64,000 nt of DNA, taken from contig CAWEMM010000010.1 of NCBI GenBank assembly GCA_963810095.1, positions 128,001-192,000 of the forward strand. The letters run 5' to 3'. The position numbers were made by a program, and so were the translations under genes. This document shows, piece after piece, positions 1 to 10,925 of this stretch. How positions within the stretch are numbered: the first letter of the stretch is position 1; each line of letters opens with the position of its first letter. The stretch is from an uncultured Chloroflexia bacterium. Its GTDB lineage: Bacteria > Chloroflexota > Anaerolineae > CG2-30-64-16. The notes under the pieces were generated by a model that worked only from the letters and a program-made list of their open reading frames with translations, did not search any database and had not been told where the DNA came from.

Positions 1-132
1 GACCTCGATGGTGCTGTTGAACTTAGGGTACGAGACCTGCTTCAGCAGGTCGACCGCCTCAGTCGGCGCATAATCCTTCATGCGGTCGACCAGCTTGGCG
101 GCGTCCGTGTACTTCTTACCGTGCTGTGCCAT
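1..132 (-). CDS. rplA: 50S ribosomal protein L1, 5' part (runs off window)
   Basis: Reverse strand reads [44 protein letters not shown]; directly downstream of rplK. Confidence 0.93.
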   Translation of the reverse strand, partial: MAQHGKKYTDAAKLVDRMKDYAPTEAVDLLKQVSYPKFNSTIEV

Positions 133-166
133 TGTGACTCCCTTTACCCGGTTCAGCGGCCGGGCC

Positions 167-231
167 TGGTATTAGCGGATGGTGCGCCACCTGTGGTGGC
201 GCCTCGCCAGCGAAGCTGGCGCATCCTCCCA
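167..231 (-). promoter_or_regulatory. Putative L1-binding autoregulatory RNA structure between rplK and rplA
   Basis: Minus strand TGGGAGGATG...CATCCGCTAATACCA matches the GGGAG...CCGCTA core of L1 operators and lies just upstream of the rplA RBS. Confidence 0.7.
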
Positions 232-330
232 AAGTGGGCACGCCTCTATGGACCAGAGGTCCGCCGAGGCGTTGGCGCCGTTTGCGCCTCCGGCTTCGAC
301 CGGCCAAAGCCGACGGAGCCGCCCGCACCG

Positions 331-756
331 TTAATCGGTGACGGTGATGCCCATGCTGCGTGCAGTGCCCTCGACCATGCGCATCGCCATATCAACGTCA
401 TACGCGTTGAGGTCTTTGAGCTTCAGCTCGGCGATCTCGCGCACCTGCTTGCGGGTCAGCTTGCCGGCCTTCTCCGAGTTCGGTTTGCCGGAACCCTTGG
501 GCACACCAGCGGCCTGCTTGATGAGGTCGGGCGCCGGCGGGGTCTTGGTGACGAACGTGAAGGACCCGTCAGTGAAGATCGTGATCTCAGCGGGGATCAC
601 CTGACCGGCCTGGTTCGCCGTCCGGGCATTGTACTCCTTGCAGAACCCCATGATGTTGACACCATGCTGGCCGAGCGCCGGGCCGACCGGCGGCGCGGGA
701 TTTGCCTTCCCGGCCATGATCTGCAACTTGACGATTGCCTTTACTTTCTTCGCCAT
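331..756 (-). CDS. rplK: 50S ribosomal protein L11
   Basis: [32 protein letters not shown]...GTARSMGI. Confidence 0.99.
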   Translation of the reverse strand: MAKKVKAIVKLQIMAGKANPAPPVGPALGQHGVNIMGFCKEYNARTANQAGQVIPAEITIFTDGSFTFVTKTPPAPDLIKQAAGVPKGSGKPNSEKAGKLTRKQVREIAELKLKDLNAYDVDMAMRMVEGTARSMGITVTD

Positions 757-791
757 GAAAATGACTCCTATACTATCTCATTGGCGTAGAT

Positions 792-824
792 AAACCTCCG
801 AGGTTTTGGAAACCTCGGAGGTTT
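792..824. repeat. REP-like palindrome, class A
   Basis: AAACCTCCGAGGTTT-tgg-AAACCTCGGAGGTTT perfect inverted repeat; relatives at 9458, 32844, 49259. Confidence 0.8.
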
Positions 825-861
825 CGCCGGCCTCGGACGCCAAGACGCCAACAAAAACGCG

Positions 862-1578
862 CTATAGTCGTTCGATTTGCAGTAGGTCGACTTCGACGGG
901 CGTCTCGCGATTGAAGAACGACACCAGCACCCGCGCCTTGCCCTTGTCGGGATAGACTTCGTCCACCGTGCCGGTAAAGTCCAGGAAGTTGCCTTCCACA
1001 ATGCGGACCTTGTCGCCGACTTTGACCTTGACCTGGGCGACCGGCTCTTCGGCTTCCATACGGCGCATGATGCGGTCGACCTCTTCCTGGCGCAGCGGGG
1101 TCGGCTTGTTGCCAATGCCCACGAAACCCGTCACGCCCGGCGTATTGCGCACCACGTACCAGGACTCTTCGTCCAAAATCATCTTGACCAGGACGTAGCC
1201 TGGGTAGATGCGGCGTTCGACGACCCGGCGCTGCCCTTCTTTGAGCTCAACCTGTTCTTCGGTCGGAACGATCACTTCGAGGATGTAGTTGGTCATGCCC
1301 ATGGACTCGGCACGATGCTCAAGGTTCTTTTTGACCTTGTTCTCGTAGCCCGAGTAACAATGCACGACATACCACGCCGGCTTAATTTGCCCGGCTTCAG
1401 GCGTAGCTTCCTCGTCTTCGGGCGCCTGGTCCTCGTATGGCTCTTCGGCGCCGAGGTCGGCCCCGAGCGCGTCTGAATTGCCCGCGTCGAAAGAACCACG
1501 GTCCAGGTCATACTCAGGGCTGGAGTCTTCGTTCTCGAAGGCCTCGTTCCCGAAATCCTCGTGCATACTTGGCGCCAC
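862..1578 (-). CDS. nusG: Transcription termination/antitermination factor NusG with acidic N-terminal extension
   Basis: WYVVHCYSGYENKVK, YPGYVLV, VRNTPGVTGFVG and KOW motif; sits between secE and rplK. Confidence 0.98.
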   Translation of the reverse strand: MAPSMHEDFGNEAFENEDSSPEYDLDRGSFDAGNSDALGADLGAEEPYEDQAPEDEEATPEAGQIKPAWYVVHCYSGYENKVKKNLEHRAESMGMTNYILEVIVPTEEQVELKEGQRRVVERRIYPGYVLVKMILDEESWYVVRNTPGVTGFVGIGNKPTPLRQEEVDRIMRRMEAEEPVAQVKVKVGDKVRIVEGNFLDFTGTVDEVYPDKGKARVLVSFFNRETPVEVDLLQIERL

Positions 1579-1599
1579 ACGATCTTCCTTTACGCCCGC

Positions 1600-1836
1600 C
1601 TACAGGCTGACGATGAACCTGATGAGCTGCGCGAACACAAAGTCCAGGGCGCCCAGGAACGCCGCCATCACGACAGTGACCGCGAGCACGATCAAGGTCA
1701 GGTTTGTCGCCTGCTCGCGGGTGGGCCAGCTCGTCTTGCGGAGCTCGCCGCGCGTGTCCTTGAGATACTCGGTTAGCCGGTCGATCAGCCGCTTGAACGC
1801 GTTGGGCTTCGACTCCTGCGTAAGTTCTTTGCTCAC
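1600..1836 (-). CDS. secE: Preprotein translocase subunit SecE
   Basis: ELRKTSWPTR motif plus one TM helix; synteny with nusG. Confidence 0.96.
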   Translation of the reverse strand: MSKELTQESKPNAFKRLIDRLTEYLKDTRGELRKTSWPTREQATNLTLIVLAVTVVMAAFLGALDFVFAQLIRFIVSL

Positions 1837-1952
1837 GATTCCTCCACAGGTCCCTTACGATTCAAGACACCGTTCCGGGTCGGCCGTCTGTTCAACCGCA
1901 TCCAGAGAGCCGCACCGTGACGGTGTCTTGATCATGGAACCGTATGTTCAGA

Positions 1953-2025
1953 CAGGCGTGGCAGGACTTGAACCCGCAACCCCCGCTTTTGGAGAGCGGT
2001 GCTCTGCCAATTGAGCTACACGCCT
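1953..2025 (-). tRNA. tRNA-Trp(CCA)
   Basis: Cloverleaf AGGCGTG...CCGCT-CTCCAAA-AGCGG...GTTCAAGTC; canonical position upstream of secE. Confidence 0.97.
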
Positions 2026-2055
2026 TGGCGCCTGTTTCCAGGCAGGTAAACCCTG

Positions 2056-2226
2056 TTACCGGGTCTCGCGATGCTGCTGATGCTTGCGGCAGCGCGGGCA
2101 GTACTTCATGATTTCCAGGCGACCCTGGGTGTTCTTGCGATTCTTCTCGGTCGCGTACGTCCGCTCCTTGCACTCAGTGCAAGCGAGGGTGACGGTCAAC
2201 CGGTTTGCTTTCTTTGCGGTAGCCAT
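2056..2226 (-). CDS. rpmG: 50S ribosomal protein L33 (Zn-binding form); too short for the ORF track
   Basis: [56 protein letters not shown]. Confidence 0.97.
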   Translation of the reverse strand: MATAKKANRLTVTLACTECKERTYATEKNRKNTQGRLEIMKYCPRCRKHQQHRETR

Positions 2227-2282
2227 AGTAATTCCTCATGTAGGGGCCGTGCTTGCAAGCACAGCCCCTACATTATGATTGG

Positions 2283-3482
<1,200 letters not shown>

Positions 3483-3598
3483 GAGTGGCAACCTCCCGCG
3501 GATAAGTGACCAGTGAGCGATAAGTCGCCGCCAGGTGTGCCTTCGACGCTATGCGCGAGGCCCATTCATGGCGGCGATAAAGTCCCGATAGCCAAGGA

Positions 3599-3671
3599 AG
3601 CCCACGATCAGATTTGAACTGATGACCCCGTTCTTACCAAGAACGTGCTCTACCGACTGAGCTACGTGGGC
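3599..3671 (-). tRNA. tRNA-Thr(GGT)
   Basis: GCCCACG...CGTTC-TTGGTAA-GAACG...; discriminator U. Confidence 0.96.
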
Positions 3672-3747
3672 AGCCGATACGATTGAAGATCTCGGATTGA
3701 GATGGATCGATGTTCGCCACCTTCAATCTTTGATTCTCAATCGTCCA

Positions 3748-3830
3748 TGGGCAGGGAAGGATTCGAACCTCCGAAGGCTAATGCCATCTGATTTACAGTC
3801 AGCTTCCTTTGGCCGCTTGGATACCTGCCC
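3748..3830 (-). tRNA. tRNA-Tyr(GTA)
   Basis: CTGA-CTGTAAA-TCAG anticodon arm, long variable arm, GGTTCGAATCC. Confidence 0.96.
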
Positions 3831-3857
3831 ATTCAGTTATCAAATGCACCGGGTCGA

Positions 3858-3930
3858 AGCCGACGGCCGGAATCGAACCGGCAACCCTCGACTTACAAGG
3901 TCGATGCTCTGCCGATTGAGCTACGTCGGC
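3858..3930 (-). tRNA. tRNA-Thr(TGT)
   Basis: TCGAC-CTTGTAA-GTCGA anticodon arm, GGTTCGATTCC. Confidence 0.96.
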
Positions 3931-4181
3931 TGGTTCGCCCCAGAAGGGCGATACGTTCACCAGACAGCAAGGCCGTCTGCAGGCGGCCGATCGGCGAAAG
4001 CAACCCATTTCCCGGCGCTGCGAAGCACCAGTATATGCGGAGGGGGGCCAAAAGTCAAATATGCGGCCCGGTTTCGCGCGAAAAGGCGCACGCACGCGGC
4101 TCAAGCGACCTTGATCCAGATGTGACGAGGCGGTATTGTACCCGATTGACGCCCAGGCTACAAAAGCAGGGGGTGGTCTTC

Positions 4182-5210
4182 TTAGGGCGTCGTGTTGGCT
4201 TCCCGCTGCAGGCGGGCCTGCCGCGCCGCGGCCAGCACAATGGACCCCGCCACAGCCGCATTGAGCGACTCAACCTTCCCGACCATCGGGATTTGGACCA
4301 GCCAATCGCACCGCTCGCGGGCCAGCCGAGACAAGCCCGCGCCTTCTGCCCCGACGACGAGAACGAGCGGGCCGGTCAAGTCCACCTGCCCCAGTGGTTT
4401 GGCTTCAGGCACGGCATCGAGGCCCGCCACCCAAACCCCGTCGTCCTTCAGCATCTCGAGCGCCTGCACCAGGTTGCCGACAAGGGCAATCTTGAGGTGC
4501 TCGACCGCGCCCGACGACGCGTTTACGACGGCGGGGGTCACCCCCGCCGAACGCCGGCCTGGCAGGATGACGCCCGTAACCCCCATTGCTTCGGCCGTTC
4601 GCAGCAGCGTGCCCAGGTTCTGCACATCCTGCAGGTGGTCGAGCGCCAGGTATAGCCGGTCATCCGGCGCGCCCTGTGCGGCCGAGCCCGTCGCGCGCCC
4701 GGCCGGCGCCTGGAGTTGGTCGAGGGTGACGTAAGGATATTCGGCCGCTTGGGCCACCACGCCCTGGTGGTTGCCGCCCACTGCCTCGTCAAGTCGCTCG
4801 CGCGGGGTTTCGATAACCGGGCAGCCGATCAGCCGGGCGGCGGCGACGATCTCGGCCAGCGTGCCGGTGCGGTCGACGCCTTGCGCAAGCAAGATGCGGC
4901 GCACGTGCCGTCGTCCCGCCCGTAACGCCTCGGCCACCGCATGGCGGCCGTAGAGCAGGTCTTCTTCGTGCCCTGCAACCAGCCGCCCTTCGCGGGGCGT
5001 GGCCGTGCTCGCCGGCCGCGGTTCGCGCGCCCGGCTTTTCGCCGGCGGTCGGGACGCGGACGGCCGGTCCGAAGCCCTCGCGTCCGGTTTGCCGCTGCCG
5101 CCCTTGGGCGCCGGTGCGGGCTCGCGCCGCGCTTTGCCTGCCGGCTTGTCGGCGGGTTTACCCCCGCCTTTCTTCGGCGGTCGCGGTGAAGACGGTTTTT
5201 GATCTGCCAC
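4182..5210 (-). CDS. rlmB: 23S rRNA (Gm2251) 2'-O-methyltransferase, TrmH family, with basic low-complexity N-terminus
   Basis: LYGRHAV, NHQGVVA, QNLGTLLRTA, GAEGAG, VESLNAAVA; downstream of cysS. Confidence 0.92.
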   Translation of the reverse strand: MADQKPSSPRPPKKGGGKPADKPAGKARREPAPAPKGGSGKPDARASDRPSASRPPAKSRAREPRPASTATPREGRLVAGHEEDLLYGRHAVAEALRAGRRHVRRILLAQGVDRTGTLAEIVAAARLIGCPVIETPRERLDEAVGGNHQGVVAQAAEYPYVTLDQLQAPAGRATGSAAQGAPDDRLYLALDHLQDVQNLGTLLRTAEAMGVTGVILPGRRSAGVTPAVVNASSGAVEHLKIALVGNLVQALEMLKDDGVWVAGLDAVPEAKPLGQVDLTGPLVLVVGAEGAGLSRLARERCDWLVQIPMVGKVESLNAAVAGSIVLAAARQARLQREANTTP

Positions 5211-5238
5211 AGTCTACCCTGCTATTCGTCGCCCGCGC

Positions 5239-6636
5239 CTACCCCAGCCGCCAGGTGCTGCCCTGCGGCGAGTCCTCGACGATCACGCCGAGCGCCTTGA
5301 GTTCGTCGCGGATCTTGTCGCCCAGCGCCCACTGCTTGGCCTTGCGGAGATCCTGGCGCACCGTCAGCAGCAGGTCGACGAACGGCGCGATCGACTGCGC
5401 CCCGCCCCCGGCCGCCTCAAGCTTGAGCCCCAGCACGTCTGTCAGCGAGCGCAGTGCGGCCTGCGCGCCGGCGAACGGTTCGCCGCTCACGCCCGCGTCG
5501 CGTGCGGCGTTGATTGCGCGCACAAAGTCGAAGATCGCAGCCAGGCCGCCGGCGGTATTGAAATCGCTGTCCATGGCCGCTTCGAAAGCCGCGCGCGCCT
5601 GTGCCACCTGTGCCGCCAGCGTCTCGACCGCGGAGCCTTCGGTCAGCTGCCCTGTGGCGGGCCGCAGCGCGGAACGCAAGCGCTCCAGTGCGCGTTCCCC
5701 ATCAGCGATGACGTCTTCGTTGAAGATCAAGGGCTTGCGGTAGCCGCTGCCCGCGATGACCAGCCGCAGCACGTCTGGCCCGTGGTCGGCCAGGAACTCG
5801 TCGATGGTCACCAGGTTGCCCAGGCTCTTCGACATCTTCTCGCCCTTCAGCTGCAGCATGCCGTTGTGCATCCAGTAGCGCGCGAAGGGCTTGCCCGTGA
5901 AGCATTCGGTCTGTGCGATCTCATTCTCGTGGTGTGGGAAGATCAGGTCGTTGCCGCCGCCATGAATGTCGATCTGTTCGCCCAGGTAAACCAGGTTCAT
6001 CGCCGAGCACTCGATATGCCAGCCCGGCCGCCCTTCGCCCCAGGGGCTCGGCCACTTGGGCTCGCCCGGCTTGGCCGCTTTCCAGAGCGCGAAGTCGCCT
6101 TCCTCGATCTTGACCTCGCTCACCGCGACCCGGGTGCCCGAGACGGCTTCCTCCAGCTTGCGCCGCGAGAGCTTACCGTAGTCCTCGTCGGCATGCACGC
6201 GGAAATATACGTCGCCGCCGGCGACCGGGTAGGCGTAACCCTTGTCCACCAGGCCCTGGATCATCTCGATGATCTCGGGGATCGTCTGCGAGACACGGGG
6301 GAGCGCGGTCGGCGGCAGCACATTCAGCGCCTTGAGCTGCTCCTGGTACTTTTCCGCGTAGTGGCTCGCCAGGTCTGCCGCATCCTGGCCGCTCTTCGCA
6401 GCCCGGGCGATGATCTTGTCGTCGACGTCGGTGAAGTTCATGACGTGGCGAACGTCATAGCCTTTGTATTCCAGATAGCGCCGGATGAAGTCGAAGACGA
6501 TCGACGACATCGCGTGACCAACGTGCGCCTCCGAGTAGACGGTCGGACCGCAGACGTACATGCGGACCTTGCCCGGCTCCAGGGTCTCGAACGGCTCGGT
6601 GGTGCGGGTGAGAGTGTTGAAAACAACCAGCGACAT
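5239..6636 (-). CDS. cysS: Cysteine--tRNA ligase
   Basis: [36 protein letters not shown]. Confidence 0.99.
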   Translation of the reverse strand: MSLVVFNTLTRTTEPFETLEPGKVRMYVCGPTVYSEAHVGHAMSSIVFDFIRRYLEYKGYDVRHVMNFTDVDDKIIARAAKSGQDAADLASHYAEKYQEQLKALNVLPPTALPRVSQTIPEIIEMIQGLVDKGYAYPVAGGDVYFRVHADEDYGKLSRRKLEEAVSGTRVAVSEVKIEEGDFALWKAAKPGEPKWPSPWGEGRPGWHIECSAMNLVYLGEQIDIHGGGNDLIFPHHENEIAQTECFTGKPFARYWMHNGMLQLKGEKMSKSLGNLVTIDEFLADHGPDVLRLVIAGSGYRKPLIFNEDVIADGERALERLRSALRPATGQLTEGSAVETLAAQVAQARAAFEAAMDSDFNTAGGLAAIFDFVRAINAARDAGVSGEPFAGAQAALRSLTDVLGLKLEAAGGGAQSIAPFVDLLLTVRQDLRKAKQWALGDKIRDELKALGVIVEDSPQGSTWRLG

Positions 6637-6655
6637 GCTTCTTACTCCGGAAATG

Positions 6656-7372
6656 CTAAAGCGAATCAGGTTCAGGCGCTGCTGTCGCGGCGGCGCCGGG
6701 TGCGGCCTGCTCGGGGCCGCCACCCACGCCCTGCGCGGCACGGATGACCAACTCGACCGCATCGGCCTGTGCTACCAGGCCCGTGTTGATCACCAAGTGA
6801 TAGAGCAGCGGATCGAGCCAGCGGACGCCATGGTAGCGCGCCAGGTAATCGGTGCGCGACTCGTCCGCGCCGCGCACCCGGCGCCGCGCCTCGCGAGGTG
6901 TCAGATTATGCCAGCGCGCCAGGTTGGCGACCCGCAACTCGACGGGCGCCACAAAGAGCAGGTGGCACACCCCCGGCTGATCCTGCAGCAGCGCCTGCCC
7001 GCCCTGGCCGATGATCATGACGTTGCCCCGCGCCGCGATGCTCTTGATGATGCCACCGATCACTTTCGCCGCGTCCTGCAGGCTGATCGCGTCCATCGAG
7101 ACCGGCGGCGCGTAAACGCCCAACAGCGGATTTCCCGCTGCCGTCACCGCCACCTCGGGGGTCACGCTGCCAAGCGGCTGGATGATCTCGTCGGCCACGT
7201 TGCGCGGGCCCACATACATGAGCCGCTTCAAAAGGTCGGCAGGAATCCCCGCTTGCAGGGCGCTCGCGCGAATCGTGTCGCGATCGACCACTGCCAGGCC
7301 CAGCCGGGCGGCCGCTGCCCGGGCGATCGACTCGCCATCGCTCCCGAGCTGCCGTGATACGGTGAGAATCAT
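6656..7372 (-). CDS. Cytidylate kinase-like family protein
   Basis: [13 protein letters not shown]-loop variant; YHLVINT. Confidence 0.85.
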   Translation of the reverse strand: MILTVSRQLGSDGESIARAAAARLGLAVVDRDTIRASALQAGIPADLLKRLMYVGPRNVADEIIQPLGSVTPEVAVTAAGNPLLGVYAPPVSMDAISLQDAAKVIGGIIKSIAARGNVMIIGQGGQALLQDQPGVCHLLFVAPVELRVANLARWHNLTPREARRRVRGADESRTDYLARYHGVRWLDPLLYHLVINTGLVAQADAVELVIRAAQGVGGGPEQAAPGAAATAAPEPDSL

Positions 7373-7424
7373 ACTTCCTCGTTTAGCCTGGCATGCGGAC
7401 CGGCGAGCTGCGCTGAGGCGATAC

Positions 7425-8495
7425 TCACTTGTTCGGCGCGGCAAAGATCATGCGTCCCACGTTCGTCTGCAGCACCTTGGTGACCAGCACGTCCACCTCG
7501 GCGTCGATGTAGCGGCGACCATTCTCGATCACCACCATCGTGCCGTCGTCCAGGTAGGCGATGCCCTGGTTGACCTCTTTGCCTTCCTGGATGACGCGCA
7601 CGGTCATCGCCTCGCCCGGCAGGACCACCGACTTCACCGCGTTGCTCAGCTCGTTGATGTTCAGCACCTGCACACCTTGCAGGCCCGCAACCCTGTTCAG
7701 GTTGTAATCGTTCGTCACAATGGGCGCGTTGAGCAGGCGGGCTAGCTGGACGAGCTTGGCGTCCACCTGGCGCACGCCGTCCACGTCCTGGTCGATGATT
7801 TTGATCGGGACGGGGGAGTCTTTTTGCATCCGGTTGAGCATTTCCAGCCCCCGGCGGCCCCGGTTCCGGCGCAAGGAATCCGCCGAATCCGCAATGTACT
7901 GCAGTTCGGCCAGGACAAAACGCGGCACGAGCATCGTGGAGCGGATGAAGCCGGTGTGAGCGACGTCGGCGATACGGCCGTCGATGATGACGCTGGTGTC
8001 CAGAAGGAGCGTCTCTTCCTTTGGACCGGTGCCGTTGGCCCCACCGTGGGCCTCAGGATTATCGTCGCCCGCGTCACGCCGGCGAAAGAGCGCAAAGATC
8101 TCGCGCTGGCGCAGCACCATGACCGTGATGCCCAGATAACCAAACACGATAGCAGTAATGGTGGGCAGGATGCTGCTGAAGGGCGGCGGGAGAAACGAAA
8201 GCGGAAAAGCCGCGAGCGCGGCAATAGCCAGGCCGACGACCAAGCCAAGGCTGGCCGCAAGCAATTGGACGACCGTCAGCTCGTTGATGACGCGCCTGAC
8301 CCAGGCGGCGGGCCGCGTGGTCAGCCAGGGGGCAATCAGGGCGCCGATGACGGCGCCGGCGATGGTTAAGGGCAGAATATACCGCGCAGACTGCGCGTTG
8401 AGCGTTGTGGTATCTGCCAGCACTGTGCCGATTAACCAACCGATGATGCCAAAAAGAATGAATCCAAGAATACGGAAAATGATATCGGCAGCCAT
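7425..8495 (-). CDS. Membrane-anchored PIN/TRAM domain protein (YacL-like)
   Basis: Four N-terminal TM helices, LDTSVIIDGRI, TNDYNLN, YLDDGTMVV, GRMIF. Confidence 0.93.
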   Translation of the reverse strand: MAADIIFRILGFILFGIIGWLIGTVLADTTTLNAQSARYILPLTIAGAVIGALIAPWLTTRPAAWVRRVINELTVVQLLAASLGLVVGLAIAALAAFPLSFLPPPFSSILPTITAIVFGYLGITVMVLRQREIFALFRRRDAGDDNPEAHGGANGTGPKEETLLLDTSVIIDGRIADVAHTGFIRSTMLVPRFVLAELQYIADSADSLRRNRGRRGLEMLNRMQKDSPVPIKIIDQDVDGVRQVDAKLVQLARLLNAPIVTNDYNLNRVAGLQGVQVLNINELSNAVKSVVLPGEAMTVRVIQEGKEVNQGIAYLDDGTMVVIENGRRYIDAEVDVLVTKVLQTNVGRMIFAAPNK

Positions 8496-8640
8496 TTGGG
8501 CTCACCTCCCTATTCGGTTGAACATGCTCCGTTGCCACTGCACCCGGTAAGAGTAGGACCTCCTTCTGCATGGGATGTATGCACGACGATCGCTTGCCAG
8601 AGCTTTATGATACACGCTCTGTCCCGCGTTTGCAATGGGC

Positions 8641-9441
8641 TTAACGAACGATTCGTACGTCCCCCGGACCGCGCCGCTGGCGTGCGACCTCGAACATCAG
8701 CACGCCCGCCGCGATTGCGGCGTTCAGCGATTCGACCGGGCCGGCCATGGGGATCATCACCCGGCCGGCTGCCAGCCGGTGCGCCTCGGGGCTGAAGCCG
8801 GCGGCCTCGCTTCCGATGCCAAGCGCACATGGGCCTGTCCAATCCAGTTTGTCGTATGCCTCGGCGTCGTGCGCCTCGGCCAACCAGAGGGGCAGCCCGC
8901 CCAGGGCCGTGCTCACCTCATCCCAACTGGCAAGCGCCGCGAGCGGCAGCCGGAAATGCGCGCCCATGCCGCTGCGCACGACTTTCGGGTTCCATGGATC
9001 GACGCAGCCGGGCGCCAGGATGACCTGCTCGACGCCTGCGGCTTCCGCGCTGCGGAGGATGGTTCCGAGGTTGCCGGGGTCACGCAGTTGATCCAGCATT
9101 AAGGCAAACGTGATGCGGGGCGGCGGGGATACGCCGGGAATGGGCAGGACCGCGATGATGCCTTGGGGCGTGACGGTGTCTGTCAGCGTGCCAAAGACCC
9201 GGCTGTTGAGCTCGAGCACGGTTGCGCCGCGGCGCTCGGCCTCGGCCAGCAATTCGGCCGCGCGCGGCTGACCGCGCACCTGCCCGACGAAAAAGAGGAG
9301 CGCGGGGGTTGCGCCTGCTTTCATGGCCTCTTCGACCAGCCGCACGCCCTCGACCAGGCAGCGTCCTTGCTCGCGGCGGCCCTTTGGCTCCAGCAGCGCC
9401 CGCGCCTGCTTCACCGTTGCGTTGTCCGGACTGGTAATCAT
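8641..9441 (-). CDS. TrmH-family RNA methyltransferase
   Basis: MITSPDN, DPGNLGTILRSA, ESLNAAIA. Confidence 0.92.
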   Translation of the reverse strand: MITSPDNATVKQARALLEPKGRREQGRCLVEGVRLVEEAMKAGATPALLFFVGQVRGQPRAAELLAEAERRGATVLELNSRVFGTLTDTVTPQGIIAVLPIPGVSPPPRITFALMLDQLRDPGNLGTILRSAEAAGVEQVILAPGCVDPWNPKVVRSGMGAHFRLPLAALASWDEVSTALGGLPLWLAEAHDAEAYDKLDWTGPCALGIGSEAAGFSPEAHRLAAGRVMIPMAGPVESLNAAIAAGVLMFEVARQRRGPGDVRIVR

Positions 9442-9457
9442 CGGTCGCTTAAAGTAA

Positions 9458-9492
9458 AGACCTCCGGGGTTTCTTGAAAACCTCGGAGGTCT
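9458..9492. repeat. REP-like palindrome, class A
   Basis: AGACCTCCGGGGTTT...AAACCTCGGAGGTCT. Confidence 0.75.
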
Positions 9493-9505
9493 GGGAAGTC
9501 CACGA

Positions 9506-9862
9506 TTACGCCACGGCGGACTTGGCGACCTCGACCACACGGGCAAACGCCTGTGGATCGCGCACGGCCAGGTCGGCGAGGACCTTGCGGTCAAGCGCGA
9601 TGTCGGCGACCTTGAGCGCGTGCTGAAGGCGGCTGTAGGTGATGCCGTTCAGGCGGGCGGCCGCGTTGATGCGGGCAATCCACAGGCGGCGGATGTCGCG
9701 CTTCTTGTTGCGGCGATCGCGGGTGGCGTAGAACAGCGACTTCAGCATCGCTTCATTCGCCCGATGGAACAGCAGTCGCCGGGACATGCGCTGACCCTTG
9801 GTCAGCTTCAAAATCTTGTTGTGACGTCGGCGGAGGACAACTCCACCCTTAGCTCGAGGCAT
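9506..9862 (-). CDS. rplT: 50S ribosomal protein L20
   Basis: [31 protein letters not shown]. Confidence 0.99.
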   Translation of the reverse strand: MPRAKGGVVLRRRHNKILKLTKGQRMSRRLLFHRANEAMLKSLFYATRDRRNKKRDIRRLWIARINAAARLNGITYSRLQHALKVADIALDRKVLADLAVRDPQAFARVVEVAKSAVA

Positions 9863-9987
9863 CTAAAGTATCTCCCTCTGATGGCGGCCGGTTAACCGGC
9901 ACTTCATAGTGGCCATGAGCGTCCGACCTGCGGGACGCGATTCTCAGGTACACGATGCGGCCAGCATCGTGCCGTTTGAGCCATGAC

Positions 9988-10191
9988 TCAGTCGATGTAC
10001 GGCGCGAGCTTCTCGACGCGTGCGGATGCCGCGCTCGCCTCAATCACCTTGGTCACGCGGTACTTGCGCAGCGTGCGTGGGGCCTTGTGGCGCCGCAGGT
10101 GACCGCGGCCCTGGTGCATGGCAACCAACTTGCCAGTGCCAGTGCGGCGGAACCGCTTCGCGGTGCTCTTGTGGGTCTTGATCTTAGGCAC
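9988..10191 (-). CDS. rpmI: 50S ribosomal protein L35
   Basis: MPKIKTHKSTAKRFRRTGTGK. Confidence 0.98.
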   Translation of the reverse strand: MPKIKTHKSTAKRFRRTGTGKLVAMHQGRGHLRRHKAPRTLRKYRVTKVIEASAASARVEKLAPYID

Positions 10192-10209
10192 AGGACTTCC
10201 TCCGAAATC

Positions 10210-10764
10210 TCACCCGGCCGCCGGCTTTTCCGGCTTTTTGTTGGCCGGATTGGGGCCGAGCATCATAAACAGGTTCTTGCCTTCCAGCAGCGGGGTTGCC
10301 TCGATAATGGCGGCGGCACCCACCTTGGTGGCGAATTCCTCAAGTTGGTCGCGCGCAATCTCCGGATGGGTGATCTCCCGGCCGCGGAAGCGGACGGTCA
10401 CCTTCACCTTGCTGCCTTCGTCCAGAAACGACAGCGCCTGGCGCACCTTGGTGTCGAGATCGTGCTCGCCCGTCCGCGGGCGCAGCCGGATTTCCTTGAT
10501 CTCAACGATCTTCTGGGCCTTGCGCGCCTCGCGTTCCTTCTTTTGCTTGTCGAACTGGTACTTGCCGAAGTCGAGCAAGCGGCAGACCGGCGGTATGGCG
10601 TTGGGCGCGACCTCAACCAGGTCCAAATTGCGCTCGAAGGCCAGCCGCAGTGCGTCCTGAATCTGATAGACGCCGAGCTGGTTGCCCTCTTCGTCGATGA
10701 CCCGCACTTCGCGGACCCGGATCTGCTGATTGACGCGAGTGGATTTAGTTGTTACGGTAGTAAT
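10210..10764 (-). CDS. infC: Translation initiation factor IF-3, probable ATT start
   Basis: VNQQIRVREVRVID, PPVCRLLDFGKY, FRGRE; GAGGTG SD 7 nt before an in-frame ATT at 10764, the usual autoregulatory start. Confidence 0.97.
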   Translation of the reverse strand: MTTVTTKSTRVNQQIRVREVRVIDEEGNQLGVYQIQDALRLAFERNLDLVEVAPNAIPPVCRLLDFGKYQFDKQKKEREARKAQKIVEIKEIRLRPRTGEHDLDTKVRQALSFLDEGSKVKVTVRFRGREITHPEIARDQLEEFATKVGAAAIIEATPLLEGKNLFMMLGPNPANKKPEKPAAG

Positions 10765-10862
10765 ACGAACACACCTCAGGCAAACTGGGGCCGCCAGGAC
10801 GGCCGGGACCAAACGCGCGCTGTCGCCCGCGACGCACATGCGTTACACGGCGACGAAACGCA

Positions 10863-10891
10863 ACTATAACATAACGGGGGTGGGGTGTCAA
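10863..10891 (-). promoter_or_regulatory. Sigma70-type promoter of infC-rpmI-rplT
   Basis: TTGACA-17 nt-TATAGT with extended TG. Confidence 0.7.
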
Positions 10892-10925
10892 AAAGAGGGC
10901 GGCTTTTCGTTGCTCAGCCACCCCT

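Noticed and set aside
10762-10764. ATT start codon of infC as a novelty
   Set aside because: This is the well-known IF3 autoregulation mechanism.
10765-10860. L20 leader upstream of infC, or in the rpmI-rplT spacer at 9863-9987
   Set aside because: Hairpins are present but I cannot match the known consensus by eye; a covariance search is needed.
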